Shown here one piece after another: positions 45,555 to 55,023 of a stretch of DNA of 64,000 nucleotides (positions are counted from its first letter, which is position 1; each line of letters starts with the position of its first letter). The notes below the pieces were generated by a model, which saw only the letters and a list, made by a program, of their open reading frames with translations, was not told the origin of the DNA and did no database searches. The position numbers and the translations under genes were made by a program. Source of the stretch: Candidatus Woesearchaeota archaeon (GTDB lineage Archaea > Nanobdellota > Nanobdellia > Pacearchaeales > GW2011-AR1); assembly GCA_964479755.1 (NCBI GenBank), contig CAYZNI010000002.1, forward strand, positions 5,633 to 69,632, read 5' to 3'.

Positions 45555-46093
45555 TGAAGCAGAAACTCGAAGAAAAAATCTCAATACCTGAAGGCATCTC
45601 CTGCACATTGGAAAACGGAGTTCTTGTTTGTTCGAAGGGCTCATCTCAAGGACAAAGAAAAATCTCTCTTCCAGAAACTCAAACTAAAATCTTGGGGAAT
45701 GAAATCATATTAACCTGCAAGAAGGGAAACAAGAATCATTACAAAAAAATAAAATCGCAAATAGCCCATATAAAAAATCTATTCTGTGGTTTGGAAAGCA
45801 ATTTTGTCTATGAATTGGAAATCGTTCACGTGCACTTTCCGCCTACTCTAAAGGTTGACGGAAATAAGCTGATAATCAATAACTTTTTTGGGGAGAAAAA
45901 CACTCGTCACGCCGAAATTCTTCCAGGTGTAAAAGTCGACATTAAAGCTTCAAAAATAACCTTATCTTCCTCGGACAGGGAAGCAGCAGGCAAAACTGCC
46001 GCCAATTTCGAGAGAGCAACTTCAGTCAGGCGAAGAGACAAGAGAATTTTCCAGGATGGAATATACATTGTTTCCAAGCCAGGAGCTAAATAA
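45554..46093 (+). CDS. rpl6: ribosomal protein uL6
   Basis: Two-domain L6 pattern. Operon position. Confidence 0.85.
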   Translation: MKQKLEEKISIPEGISCTLENGVLVCSKGSSQGQRKISLPETQTKILGNEIILTCKKGNKNHYKKIKSQIAHIKNLFCGLESNFVYELEIVHVHFPPTLKVDGNKLIINNFFGEKNTRHAEILPGVKVDIKASKITLSSSDREAAGKTAANFERATSVRRRDKRIFQDGIYIVSKPGAK

Positions 46094-46443
46094 TGGCGCA
46101 CAAATTTTTAAGACAGGACTCGCACAGGCACTCTCGCCTCGGCAAAAATCGCAGGAAGAAGCAAGTTTGGAGGCTTCCCAAAGGCAGGCACAGTAAAATG
46201 CGACAGCAGAGAAAATCCTATCCTTCAATGCCTACAATCGGCTATGCCACCCCGAGAAAAGACTCTGGGAAGATTCAAGGTCTTTCACCGGTTTTGGTTC
46301 ATAATCTTTCTGAGTTGAAGGCTCTCTCAAAAACTCAAATCGCAATACTGGCAAAAATCGGAGCCAAGAAAAAGCTTGAGTTGATAAAATTCGCAAATGA
46401 AAATAAAATCAAGATGCATAATGTTCGAGGTAATCTAAAATGA
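46093..46443 (+). CDS. rpl32e: ribosomal protein eL32
   Basis: …VWRLPKGRHSKMRQQRK…. Confidence 0.8.
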   Translation: MAHKFLRQDSHRHSRLGKNRRKKQVWRLPKGRHSKMRQQRKSYPSMPTIGYATPRKDSGKIQGLSPVLVHNLSELKALSKTQIAILAKIGAKKKLELIKFANENKIKMHNVRGNLK

Positions 46444-46892
46444 AATTAGAAAACAAGCGCGAGCTCGCTGCAAGAACTCTTGGAGTAGGCAAAAACAGAA
46501 TTGTTTTCAACATAAATAGATTGTCAGAAATCAAGGAAGCAATCACGAAGCAAGACATCCGCGATCTGAAAAACTCTGGAGCAATAATTGTCAATGAAAT
46601 CAAGGGAAGGAAAAAAATTAAACCCTCTGGTTCCAGAAAACGTTCCGGAAGTTTCAAGGCAAAAGTGAACCAAAGTAAAAAGATTTACATGAGAAATACG
46701 AGGAAATTACGGGCTTATCTAAAAAACTTGAAGAACAAGAAAGAAATCTCAAACGAAACCTTTATAGAGGTTAGAAAAGAAATCAAAGCGAGTAAATTCA
46801 AGACTATTGCATACTTAAAAGAAAGGTTGTCAGCAACGGAGGTAAAAAATGACCAAAACACAAAGACGAAGAAGAAAAGAAGCAAAAACTGA
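46440..46892 (+). CDS. rpl19e: ribosomal protein eL19
   Basis: …KRELAARTLGVGKNRIVFN…. Confidence 0.8.
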   Translation: MKLENKRELAARTLGVGKNRIVFNINRLSEIKEAITKQDIRDLKNSGAIIVNEIKGRKKIKPSGSRKRSGSFKAKVNQSKKIYMRNTRKLRAYLKNLKNKKEISNETFIEVRKEIKASKFKTIAYLKERLSATEVKNDQNTKTKKKRSKN

Positions 46893-47325
46893 TTACAAGC
46901 TGCGCTTTAATCTTTTGAAGTCAAAGAAAGCGCGCCTTATAGTGAGAAAAACAAATCGTTATGTAATCGCGCAAATCATAGAATCAGATATCGCGCAGGA
47001 CAAAGTCCTGGAGTCGGCTAATTCTCGAGATTTATTGGAAAAAGGCTGGCCCAAGGAGAAGTCTGGAAGCTTGAAAAGTCTGCCTGCAGCATACTTGACA
47101 GGATTGATGCTCGCTAGGCACGCAAAGTCAAAACCAAAGGAGCTTGTATTGGATATCGGGATGCACAGAAGCGTTCACGGCGGCAGAGTTTTCGCAGCTT
47201 TGAAAGGCGCAGTCGATGGCGGTCTTAAAATCGCTCACGACCCAAAAACCCTTCCAAAAATGGAAAGAATAAACTCAAATAAATCTCTATCAGGACTAAC
47301 TGATAAGTTAAAGGATAAAATTTAA
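46849..47325 (+). CDS. rpl18: ribosomal protein uL18
   Basis: …RRRRKEAKTDYKLRFNLLKSKKARLIVRKTNRYVIAQI…. Confidence 0.8.
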   Translation: MTKTQRRRRKEAKTDYKLRFNLLKSKKARLIVRKTNRYVIAQIIESDIAQDKVLESANSRDLLEKGWPKEKSGSLKSLPAAYLTGLMLARHAKSKPKELVLDIGMHRSVHGGRVFAALKGAVDGGLKIAHDPKTLPKMERINSNKSLSGLTDKLKDKI

Positions 47326-47327
47326 AA

Positions 47328-48116
47328 ATGGCTGAAAAAGAAAATCCAAAAAACCCAAAGGACTTGATTGAGGCAACACCAGAAGAAGTTGCAGTATTGG
47401 AAAAAGAAATTTCTGAAGTGGAAGTTTCAATTGAGCCTCTTCCAGAAGAGAAAGAATCAGCAAAATCCTCTCTTGGAGGATGGGCTCCTAAAACCGCCCT
47501 CGGAAAAGCGGTAAAGGCTGGAAAAGAAAAAGATATAGACAAAATTCTTGAGAATAACAAGAAGATTCTTGAGCCTGAAATTGTTGATTACTTGTTGCCT
47601 ATTGAGACAGACCTGCTTCTTGTTGGGCAGGCAAAAGGTAAGTTCGGCGGTGGAAAAAGGCGCGCCTGGAGGCAAACACAGAAGAAAACAATGGAAGGGA
47701 ATGTTCTGTCATTTTCAGCAATGGCAGTAGTTGGAGACAGAAAAGGCCACGTTGGAATCGGTTACGGGAAAGCTCGTGAAACTCTGCCTGCAAGGGAAAA
47801 AGCTTTGAGAAGCGCAAAGCTAAGCATAATCAAAGTTAATTTAGGATTCGAATCTCCTGAGCACGAACCGCCAAGCGCAGTTCCTCATACTATTCCTTTC
47901 AAGATTGAAGGCCGAGCAGGAAGCGTCAGGATAAGAATGATGCCTGCTCCAAGAGGCACAGGCCTAGTTACAGGCGACGAATGCAAAAAGATTCTCAAAT
48001 TAGCAGGTATCAAGGATGTTTATTCGCAAACCTACGGCAGTACAAAAACAACTTTCAATCTCGCCCGCGCTTGCATTGATGCCCTTAAGAAAACCCATCT
48101 TGGAGGGGCAAAATGA
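47328..48116 (+). CDS. rps5: ribosomal protein uS5 with ~60-aa acidic/K-rich N-terminal extension
   Basis: …GRAGSVRIRMMPAPRGTGLVTGDE…. Confidence 0.85.
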   Translation: MAEKENPKNPKDLIEATPEEVAVLEKEISEVEVSIEPLPEEKESAKSSLGGWAPKTALGKAVKAGKEKDIDKILENNKKILEPEIVDYLLPIETDLLLVGQAKGKFGGGKRRAWRQTQKKTMEGNVLSFSAMAVVGDRKGHVGIGYGKARETLPAREKALRSAKLSIIKVNLGFESPEHEPPSAVPHTIPFKIEGRAGSVRIRMMPAPRGTGLVTGDECKKILKLAGIKDVYSQTYGSTKTTFNLARACIDALKKTHLGGAK

Positions 48117-48532
48117 TTTTAGTAATTAGAATCTCAGGGGATGTTGGTAAAGATGAGAATCTCTTGGAGACTCTCTACAGGATGCGCCTCAGAAGAAAGT
48201 ATTCAGCTGTTTTGTTAAAACCTTCTCCTCAAAACCAAAAACTCTTGAAAAAAGTCAGGAACTTTGTCGCATTTGGAGACATCGACTCTCAAACTCTTAA
48301 GATGCTGGTTGAAAATCGCGCCAGGCCATTAGAAAAAGGAAAAAAAGTTGATGTTGAAAAAATTGTTTCTGGAGTAGAAACGAAATCTTTAAGTCAGTTA
48401 GGAATCAAGCCCTACTTTAGGCTTCATCCTCCAAGAGGCGGGGTTGACACAAAATTGCATTTCGGCGTTAGAAAAGGCGTTCTTGGGGACAATAAGTCTG
48501 AGATAAACAAGCTAGTGAGGAAAATGTTATGA
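48113..48532 (+). CDS. rpl30: ribosomal protein uL30
   Basis: MILVIRISGDVG…LYRMRLRRKYSAVLL. Confidence 0.8.
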   Translation: MILVIRISGDVGKDENLLETLYRMRLRRKYSAVLLKPSPQNQKLLKKVRNFVAFGDIDSQTLKMLVENRARPLEKGKKVDVEKIVSGVETKSLSQLGIKPYFRLHPPRGGVDTKLHFGVRKGVLGDNKSEINKLVRKML

Positions 48533-48723
48533 AGGGAAAAAAAGAAATAATTTGGCAATGCAAGTGCGGTCACATAGAACACTCTGACATGCCTGAGGAC
48601 TGCCCTAAGTGCTTCGCAGTCGGAAAATTCAAGCCTATTCCAGAAGATATGCTAGACGAAATTGAAGCTGAGGAAGTTCTTGCATCCTATGAAGACTTAG
48701 ATGAGGAGTACGATGAAGATTAA
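48529..48723 (+). CDS. 64-aa Zn-ribbon protein (CxCGH…CPKC) with acidic tail, inserted between uL30 and uL15
   Basis: MKGKKEIIWQCKCGHIEHSDMPEDCPKCF. ATGA overlap with rpl30. Overlaps the rpl15 start. Confidence 0.4.
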   Translation: MKGKKEIIWQCKCGHIEHSDMPEDCPKCFAVGKFKPIPEDMLDEIEAEEVLASYEDLDEEYDED

Positions 48724-49123
48724 AAAACGGAAAAAAGTTTCAAGAATGCGTGGCTCGCACACTCACGGCAGAGGTTTCAAAAAGAAAGCTCGTGGCTCAG
48801 GCCACCGAGGAGGAGTGGGAATGGCTGGAACAGGAAAGCGCGGCGACCAGAAAAAGACCCTCGTTCTCAACTTATATGGCAATGACTATTTTGGCAAGGA
48901 CCGCGCGCTAAGAAGAAAGGTCTATCCAAAGTTAAAGTCAATAAATCTTCGTGAAATACAGCAAAACCTCAAGAAAGGAGAATCTCAAGTCGACTTGAAG
49001 GGTTTCAAGATTCTTGGCGAAGGTGAAATATCAGCAGCTTTAAAAATTAAGGCTTCAGCAGCCTCAAAATCAGCGTCGGAAAAAGTCAAGAAATCCGGCG
49101 GCGAAATAATTTTGGAAAAGTAA
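48701..49123 (+). CDS. rpl15: ribosomal protein uL15
   Basis: …KKRKKVSRMRGSHTHGRGFKKKARGSGHRGGVGMAGTGKRGDQ…. Confidence 0.85.
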   Translation: MRSTMKIKKRKKVSRMRGSHTHGRGFKKKARGSGHRGGVGMAGTGKRGDQKKTLVLNLYGNDYFGKDRALRRKVYPKLKSINLREIQQNLKKGESQVDLKGFKILGEGEISAALKIKASAASKSASEKVKKSGGEIILEK

Positions 49124-49124
49124 A

Positions 49125-50516
49125 ATGCCTTTCGATTTAAACAAAATCCTGTATAATCTTCCCGAAGTCAAGAAACCGATAGAGAAAAAGCTAGACTTCA
49201 ACACAAAGCTCAAATGGACCTTGATTGTCCTTGGTGCTTTCTTCATTTTGGGAAACATTCCTCTCTATGGAACTTCTCCTGGATTCCTGCAGCAATTCGA
49301 ATTCCTTCAAGTGATTTTGGCTTCCCAATTTGGAACTATAATTTCTTTAGGTATCGGCCCAATTGTAATGTCTTCGATTATTTTGCAATTGTTAGTCGGT
49401 TCTGGAATTATGTCAATCGACACTAAAACAGATGAAGGAAAAAGATATTTTCAGGGCTTGCAAAGAATTGGGGTGCTTTTTTTTATTCTCTTTGAAGCTT
49501 CTGTTTACGTTTTAATGGGGGGAATTCAGGCCTCTCCAGGATTTACTGGAATAGTAATTTTTCAATTAGTTCTCGGCGGTCTTGCCATTATGTTCCTTGA
49601 TGAAGTTTCGCAAAAATGGGGCTTCGAGTCTGGAGTTTCACTTTTCATAGTCGCCGGTGTTGCCTGGCACGTCTTTACGGCTCTGTTCCAGTTTATCGGT
49701 GCTTCCGGTGAAAACTGCCTAACTGACTTTTCAAACACTCCTTGTGCTGGAAACGTATTAATCATAATTCAGTCTATAATCAACGGCGCTCCGACAGAGG
49801 CTCTCGCAGCAGCCGCAGTTATTTTATCTACAGCCCTAATCTTCCTTCTGGTTGTCTGGGCTCAGTCCCTAAAGGTTGAGATTCCTCTGTCATACGAGAG
49901 AGTCAGAGGATACGGTGTCAAATGGCCCTTGCAATTTTTCTATTCATCCAATCTTCCTGTTATACTTGTTGCGGCTTTGACAGCAAACATTCAGCTTTTC
50001 GCAGGTTTGCTTGAAAAGTGGCAAGGTCATGCAACTTTTCTAGGTGGATTTTCAAATGGAACGCCAGTTTCAGGTTTTGCGTTCTGGGTTCACGGGCAAA
50101 ACTTAGTCCAGCACCTGATTAGAGGCAGCTTGCAGACAAGTTTCTTGCTCCAGGGCTTGATACACTTGATTTTCTATATGTCTCTGGCAGCAGTATTTTC
50201 AGTCTTCTGGGTAAAGACTTCCGGAATGGACGAAACTTCTCAAGCCAAGAATATAATCTCTTCAGGCTTGCAGCTTCCTGGCTTTAGAAAGGACCCTAGA
50301 GTTATTGAATCTATTTTGAAGCGATATATTATGCCTCTGACAATTATGGGAGGTCTTGCAATTGGCTTTTTAGCAGCGACGGCTGACTTGATAGGAGCCA
50401 TCTCCGGCGGAACTTCAATTTTGCTTTCAGTCACAATTATGTACAAGCTTTACGAAAAAGTCGCGCAGCAGCACGCCGTGGACATGCATCCTGCGTTGAG
50501 AAAGTTTATGGGTTAA
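49125..50516 (+). CDS. secY: preprotein translocase SecY
   Basis: 463 aa, 10 TM helices, SecY plug/TM2 region; follows rpl15. Confidence 0.9.
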   Translation: MPFDLNKILYNLPEVKKPIEKKLDFNTKLKWTLIVLGAFFILGNIPLYGTSPGFLQQFEFLQVILASQFGTIISLGIGPIVMSSIILQLLVGSGIMSIDTKTDEGKRYFQGLQRIGVLFFILFEASVYVLMGGIQASPGFTGIVIFQLVLGGLAIMFLDEVSQKWGFESGVSLFIVAGVAWHVFTALFQFIGASGENCLTDFSNTPCAGNVLIIIQSIINGAPTEALAAAAVILSTALIFLLVVWAQSLKVEIPLSYERVRGYGVKWPLQFFYSSNLPVILVAALTANIQLFAGLLEKWQGHATFLGGFSNGTPVSGFAFWVHGQNLVQHLIRGSLQTSFLLQGLIHLIFYMSLAAVFSVFWVKTSGMDETSQAKNIISSGLQLPGFRKDPRVIESILKRYIMPLTIMGGLAIGFLAATADLIGAISGGTSILLSVTIMYKLYEKVAQQHAVDMHPALRKFMG

Positions 50517-50867
50517 TAGCATTGCGTCCTAAACTATACCATTTAATTTATTGGGGCTGCATCTATTATTATCTTCGGTAAAATATTTTTAAGAATTAGC
50601 AGTATTTATTTCTGGTCTGTCAAGATTCATAGAATCTTGAACACACAAGATTTGCAAGGCAAATGCTTGATATATTAATAAAAAATACTTGATAGGTAAT
50701 TTGAGGGGAGAGTATTATGGTTTAGTTAATTGGTAGGCAAGTCTAGTTAACTTTTTTTGAGGATTTTTCAATTAAATCAAATTTGTAACTTCAATCAGAA
50801 AGATAGAATTACAGTTGCAAAAATCTTAGATAATAAGTATTAAAAAGCCAACTTCATATCTTAAAAA

Positions 50868-51281
50868 ATGGTAGATATAACGTCATTGGTTGAATCTTCA
50901 CCTAGAGTAAGCGTCATAGTCTTTGCCATATTAGTTTCTTTTTTTATTTCCCTTGTTAACTACTTTGTTCTTGACAAGGATAGATTGCGCGAAATAAAGG
51001 AAAAGCAGAAAAAAACCCAGGAGCAAATTAAAGCACATCAAAAAGCAGGCGAGCACGAAAAAGCTATGAGCTTGCAAAAAGAGCTCTTTGCAGATATGCC
51101 TGAGATGATGAAGCATTCTTTCAAGCCAATGTTAATTACATTCATCCCAATAATCTTGATATTTACCTTTGCCCGCGGACTTTTCGCGGAAACTATCATC
51201 GCAAAATCCTGGTTTTGGTATTATTTCGTGAGTGCCATAATAAGCAGCATGATTTTCAGGAAGCTTCTTAAGTTGCCTTAA
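50868..51281 (+). CDS. DUF106-family membrane protein (archaeal YidC/Oxa1/EMC3-like insertase)
   Basis: 137 aa with TM1, a charged coiled-coil (KEKQKKTQEQIKAHQKAGEHEKAMSLQKE) and TM2-3. Located next to secY. Confidence 0.55.
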   Translation: MVDITSLVESSPRVSVIVFAILVSFFISLVNYFVLDKDRLREIKEKQKKTQEQIKAHQKAGEHEKAMSLQKELFADMPEMMKHSFKPMLITFIPIILIFTFARGLFAETIIAKSWFWYYFVSAIISSMIFRKLLKLP

Positions 51282-51535
51282 AATCCTAGAACGATTAATC
51301 CTTTGCACGTCATTTCTTCTTCGCTCCAAAATTTTTGCTCTTTGGTTTTTAATACGTATTTTATTTCCTTCTCAACACTCCTTCCTGTATACTTCTTTGT
51401 TTCAGGATTCCATTCTTCCAAAACCAAAATGTCTCCTTCATTGCACTCAAAATCACCAAGCCTTATATCAAAATTCTTTTTTCCAGAAGTTATATCTTTA
51501 AATAATTCCGGCCAGCATTTTTTTCTGATTTTCAT
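51278..51535 (-). CDS. DUF3850 (ASCH-like) domain protein
   Basis: …KNFDIRLGDFECNEGDILVLEEWNPETKKYTGRSVEKEIKYVL matches the short ASCH-like DUF3850 pattern found mostly in phages. Confidence 0.45.
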   Translation of the reverse strand: MKIRKKCWPELFKDITSGKKNFDIRLGDFECNEGDILVLEEWNPETKKYTGRSVEKEIKYVLKTKEQKFWSEEEMTCKGLIVLGF

Positions 51536-51958
51536 AAATCTTTAAGCTTGCTTTCTCTTTCCCTGGAATCAATTCTCTTAATATAAGGATTTTTGTTGAA
51601 TAGTTAAGCAGCCATGCAAATTCCAGCGCCCATAACAGCCATAGTTAATGATTGAGAAACCATAAACATAGTAGAATAAGCCAGCATAGTTTGTTCATAA
51701 ATCCTTCCTATTCCTAAATCATAATGCATTCAAAACCAAATAAAGAACCCTTTAAATTAATTGTGGCTCTAAAAGTAGATATCTAAAGCTCCTAGGATAA
51801 TTAGAGATTTCAACCTTAAATTGCTTAAAATACAGTTATGATGAATAATAATATTATGAAATTTAAAATGTTAATGGTAAAAAATACGAATTTGGATTTT
51901 TTTTGGGATAATTAAAGTTTAGCAAACTTTTAGTTCAAAAAACTAATTAATTACCGCT

Positions 51959-52684
51959 TTACTTGACAAATTTCTTCAGGTCTTCGCCCTGCATTCTCTC
52001 AAGTTTTTCGTCATCAACTTTTATGTATCCGGCTTCAAACCTGCTTACATCAAAATTCTTTCCTAGTATATCCTTGAATATTTTCAAGCAGAATTTAAGT
52101 CCTTCATCTATCGTCATTCCTTCCTTGTAATCCTGCCGAAGCATTTCCTTGATTTTCTCATCATTTTCTCCAATCGCGTTTGCTTTGTAGGAAAAGTAGT
52201 TTCCATAAACTTCAGAGGCATAAAGTGAGGCTTTTCCCTTGTTAACTCCGCCAATCATTATTGAAACTCCATAAGGCCGGGCTCCTCCATATTGGGTGAA
52301 CATTTGCTTCCTGTCAGCAATCATCCTCATCACTGCAATCGGCTCAATCGGGGAGCCATAAGTCACTCTGTTCTGTTGAGCTAACACCTGCGCCTGGTCA
52401 ACCAAAACTCGGGCATCAGCTAATATCCCTGCTGAAGTCGCCATTATATGATTGTCAATCTCAAAAATTTTGTGCGTTGACTCAGGAGCAACCAATTTGT
52501 CTCTAATTCTCTTGTCGGCAACGATTGCAACTCCATCTTTGCAGACCACTCCAATGCTCGCGCTTCCAATCTTAACGATTTTCTCAGCATACTCGACCTG
52601 CAATAAGTGTCCATCTGGAGAAAACATAGTTGCTGCTCGATCATAACCCATTGCCTGATGCTGCATTTCTGTTGGCATATCCAT
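51959..52684 (-). CDS. psmA: proteasome alpha subunit
   Basis: N-terminus …YDRAATMFSPDGHLLQVEYA. Confidence 0.85.
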   Translation of the reverse strand: MDMPTEMQHQAMGYDRAATMFSPDGHLLQVEYAEKIVKIGSASIGVVCKDGVAIVADKRIRDKLVAPESTHKIFEIDNHIMATSAGILADARVLVDQAQVLAQQNRVTYGSPIEPIAVMRMIADRKQMFTQYGGARPYGVSIMIGGVNKGKASLYASEVYGNYFSYKANAIGENDEKIKEMLRQDYKEGMTIDEGLKFCLKIFKDILGKNFDVSRFEAGYIKVDDEKLERMQGEDLKKFVK

Positions 52685-53082
52685 TTTCTTTTATTTCTCC
52701 TTAGAATTTAGAATCTCTAGAATGCCACCTATTTAAGTTTTTCTCCGCACATATTTTTATAATAAATTACGTTTCAAGTATTATTGCTGCCCTAGAAGTA
52801 AGTTCTCGGAATGAAATTCATGCACAAATTACTGGAGCTCTTTCTTCAAGTTCAAACAAAAAGATTTTATGAAAACTTAAGATTTAATATTCGAGGCTTG
52901 CATATAAATTAAATTGAGCAAGGAGAAGCTAAGAGGTTTTTAGAGAGAAAATACCAAACTGGATGAGTTTAATATGTTAGAAACTGGCAGGTTAGTTTGA
53001 GATTTTATTAATTATGCCATAAATCAAAGTCCAGAATGTCAACAATAAAAATATTTATTAACTCACTTAATTTTCAATCATA

Positions 53083-53757
53083 ATGTCAAAAGTCGAAGCT
53101 CGAATAAAAGTCAAGGGAAAACATTTCGAAATTTCAGTTGACTTGGATGAGGCCTTAAAAGTCAGGACAAATCAAGGTTCAGTTCAATCTGCCTTGCAAA
53201 CTCCAAATATCTTCTACAACATAAAACAAGGCTCTATCGCATCAGCAAAGGACCTTACAGAATGCTTCGGCACAACTGATGTTTACGAAATCGCAAAGCA
53301 AATTATAACAAAAGGAGAAGTTCAGAAAACTCAAGAGTTTCGAGATGAGCAGCGCGAAGCAAAAATTAAACAAGTTCTAGCTTTAATTTTAAAAAACGCA
53401 TCGGACCAGCACGGCCGTCCTTATACAGAGGAAAGGCTAAAAAATGCGCTCAAGGAAGTGCCCTTTGTCTTCGATAATCGTCCAGCCGAAAAACAAATGC
53501 TTGAGTTATTGGAAAAGCTAAAAACAGTTATCCCGATTAAAATTCAGATCAAAAGAATCAAGCTCACAGTTCCTGCTCAATACACTGGCCAGGTCTATGG
53601 CCTATTGCAGGAGAACAAAGAAAGTGAAGAATGGCTTCCTAATGGTTCTCTCCAAATGATAATGAACATTCCGTCGGGATTAATCCTTGATTTCTACGAT
53701 AAATTGAATTCAAAGACTCATGGCGCCATCCACACCGAGGAACTTCCGGTTAAGTAA
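53083..53757 (+). CDS. SBDS/Sdo1 ribosome maturation protein
   Basis: MSKVEARIKVKGKHFEISVD…, 224 aa. Confidence 0.8.
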   Translation: MSKVEARIKVKGKHFEISVDLDEALKVRTNQGSVQSALQTPNIFYNIKQGSIASAKDLTECFGTTDVYEIAKQIITKGEVQKTQEFRDEQREAKIKQVLALILKNASDQHGRPYTEERLKNALKEVPFVFDNRPAEKQMLELLEKLKTVIPIKIQIKRIKLTVPAQYTGQVYGLLQENKESEEWLPNGSLQMIMNIPSGLILDFYDKLNSKTHGAIHTEELPVK

Positions 53758-53789
53758 TGATTTTTATGGTTCTCTAAACTATTCTTTAC

Positions 53790-54212
53790 ATGAATAAAAC
53801 TTGGTACTCAATGCTAGGTTGGATTTGTATTATTTTGTCTTTTATTTCGTCTATTGTTTTTCTAATATTGATAGGTTTTCATTTGCAAGAGGGATTTCTA
53901 TCGGGATATCTATCCGACGACTTATTATTTATAATTCCAGCAGGAGTTATTTCTTTTTTGGCTTTGTTTTTGTCAGGAAGAGTTTACATAAGAGTAAGCA
54001 ACTCAAAATTAAATGACAGCAATCTAATCGCGGCCTCAAGCATATTTTCAATTATTGGAATAGTTCTTTCTTTTGTAGTACTAATACTGCAACTTATATT
54101 TAAAAAAGGTGAGCCAATTGGAATAATCTTAATCCTTCCAGTCGTGTTTTCTTTTTTCTATTTAATTTCAACTATTCTACTTTTTATCAGCTGGCTAAGA
54201 AAAAAGGAATGA
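53790..54212 (+). CDS. hypothetical 4-TM membrane protein
   Basis: 140 aa, hydrophobic helices. Confidence 0.4.
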   Translation: MNKTWYSMLGWICIILSFISSIVFLILIGFHLQEGFLSGYLSDDLLFIIPAGVISFLALFLSGRVYIRVSNSKLNDSNLIAASSIFSIIGIVLSFVVLILQLIFKKGEPIGIILILPVVFSFFYLISTILLFISWLRKKE

Positions 54213-54302
54213 TTCCCAAAAAGTTTAAAAAGCCCAATTTCTCTACCAATTCATAAAGAAACAGATAATTATTACGATTATCCTGGAAAAAATTACAATT
54301 AC

Positions 54303-55022
54303 ATGAGAAACGAGATTAATGAGGCACACGAAGCCCAAGAAAGCGAGGATTCTAGTTCTGAACCTGCAAAAAGGCTTGTCGTAGTTCCTGGAGAAATTAT
54401 CGCATCCGGAGAGGATTATCTTCCTGGCGAAGGCACTCGAAGGCAAGGTTCGGATATTTTGTCAACAAAATTCGGTCTGGCTGAAATTGCAGGCAGAGTC
54501 ATAAGACTTATACCTATATTCGGAGCTTTTGTTCCTCGAAGAGGGAATGTCGTCGTCGGCAGAGTCGCAAATGTTATGCACGCCGGCTGGACTGTGGATA
54601 TAGACTCTCCATCTGAGGGATTTCTCCCAATTGAGGAATCTCCAAGATTTATCAATAGAAACGAAATGGACCAGTTTCTTGCAATTGGCGACGTAATCGC
54701 AGCAAAAATCTGGAGCGTCAAAGGCCGCGGAATTGACTTGTCATTAAAAGGCAAAGGTCTAGGCAAGCTTGAAAATGGTTTCATATTTAGAATAATTCCA
54801 AGCAGAGTTCCAAGAGTAATCGGCAGGGAAGGCTCAATGGTTAATCTCATTAAAGAAAAAACCAGCTGTAACATAACAGTCGGGCAAAATGGCTGGATTT
54901 GGGTCCAAGGAGAATCAATCGACGCGGAGATCAAGGCGCGCAAAGCGGTAGAATTCGTCGCAGATAATGTTCACTTGGATGGTTTGACCGAAAAAGTCGA
55001 AGCCTGGTTCGAGGAGAATTAA
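54303..55022 (+). CDS. rrp4: exosome RNA-binding subunit Rrp4 (S1 + KH)
   Basis: S1 (…GNVVVGRVANV…) and KH (IGREGSMVNLIKEKT) domains. Followed by rrp41 and rrp42. Confidence 0.8.
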   Translation: MRNEINEAHEAQESEDSSSEPAKRLVVVPGEIIASGEDYLPGEGTRRQGSDILSTKFGLAEIAGRVIRLIPIFGAFVPRRGNVVVGRVANVMHAGWTVDIDSPSEGFLPIEESPRFINRNEMDQFLAIGDVIAAKIWSVKGRGIDLSLKGKGLGKLENGFIFRIIPSRVPRVIGREGSMVNLIKEKTSCNITVGQNGWIWVQGESIDAEIKARKAVEFVADNVHLDGLTEKVEAWFEEN

Positions 55023-55023
55023 A

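Noticed and set aside
44432-47817. Minus-strand ORFs inside the ribosomal-protein operon (44432..44983, 46409..46657, 47225..47560, 47599..47817 etc.)
   Set aside because: Antisense to highly conserved r-protein genes.
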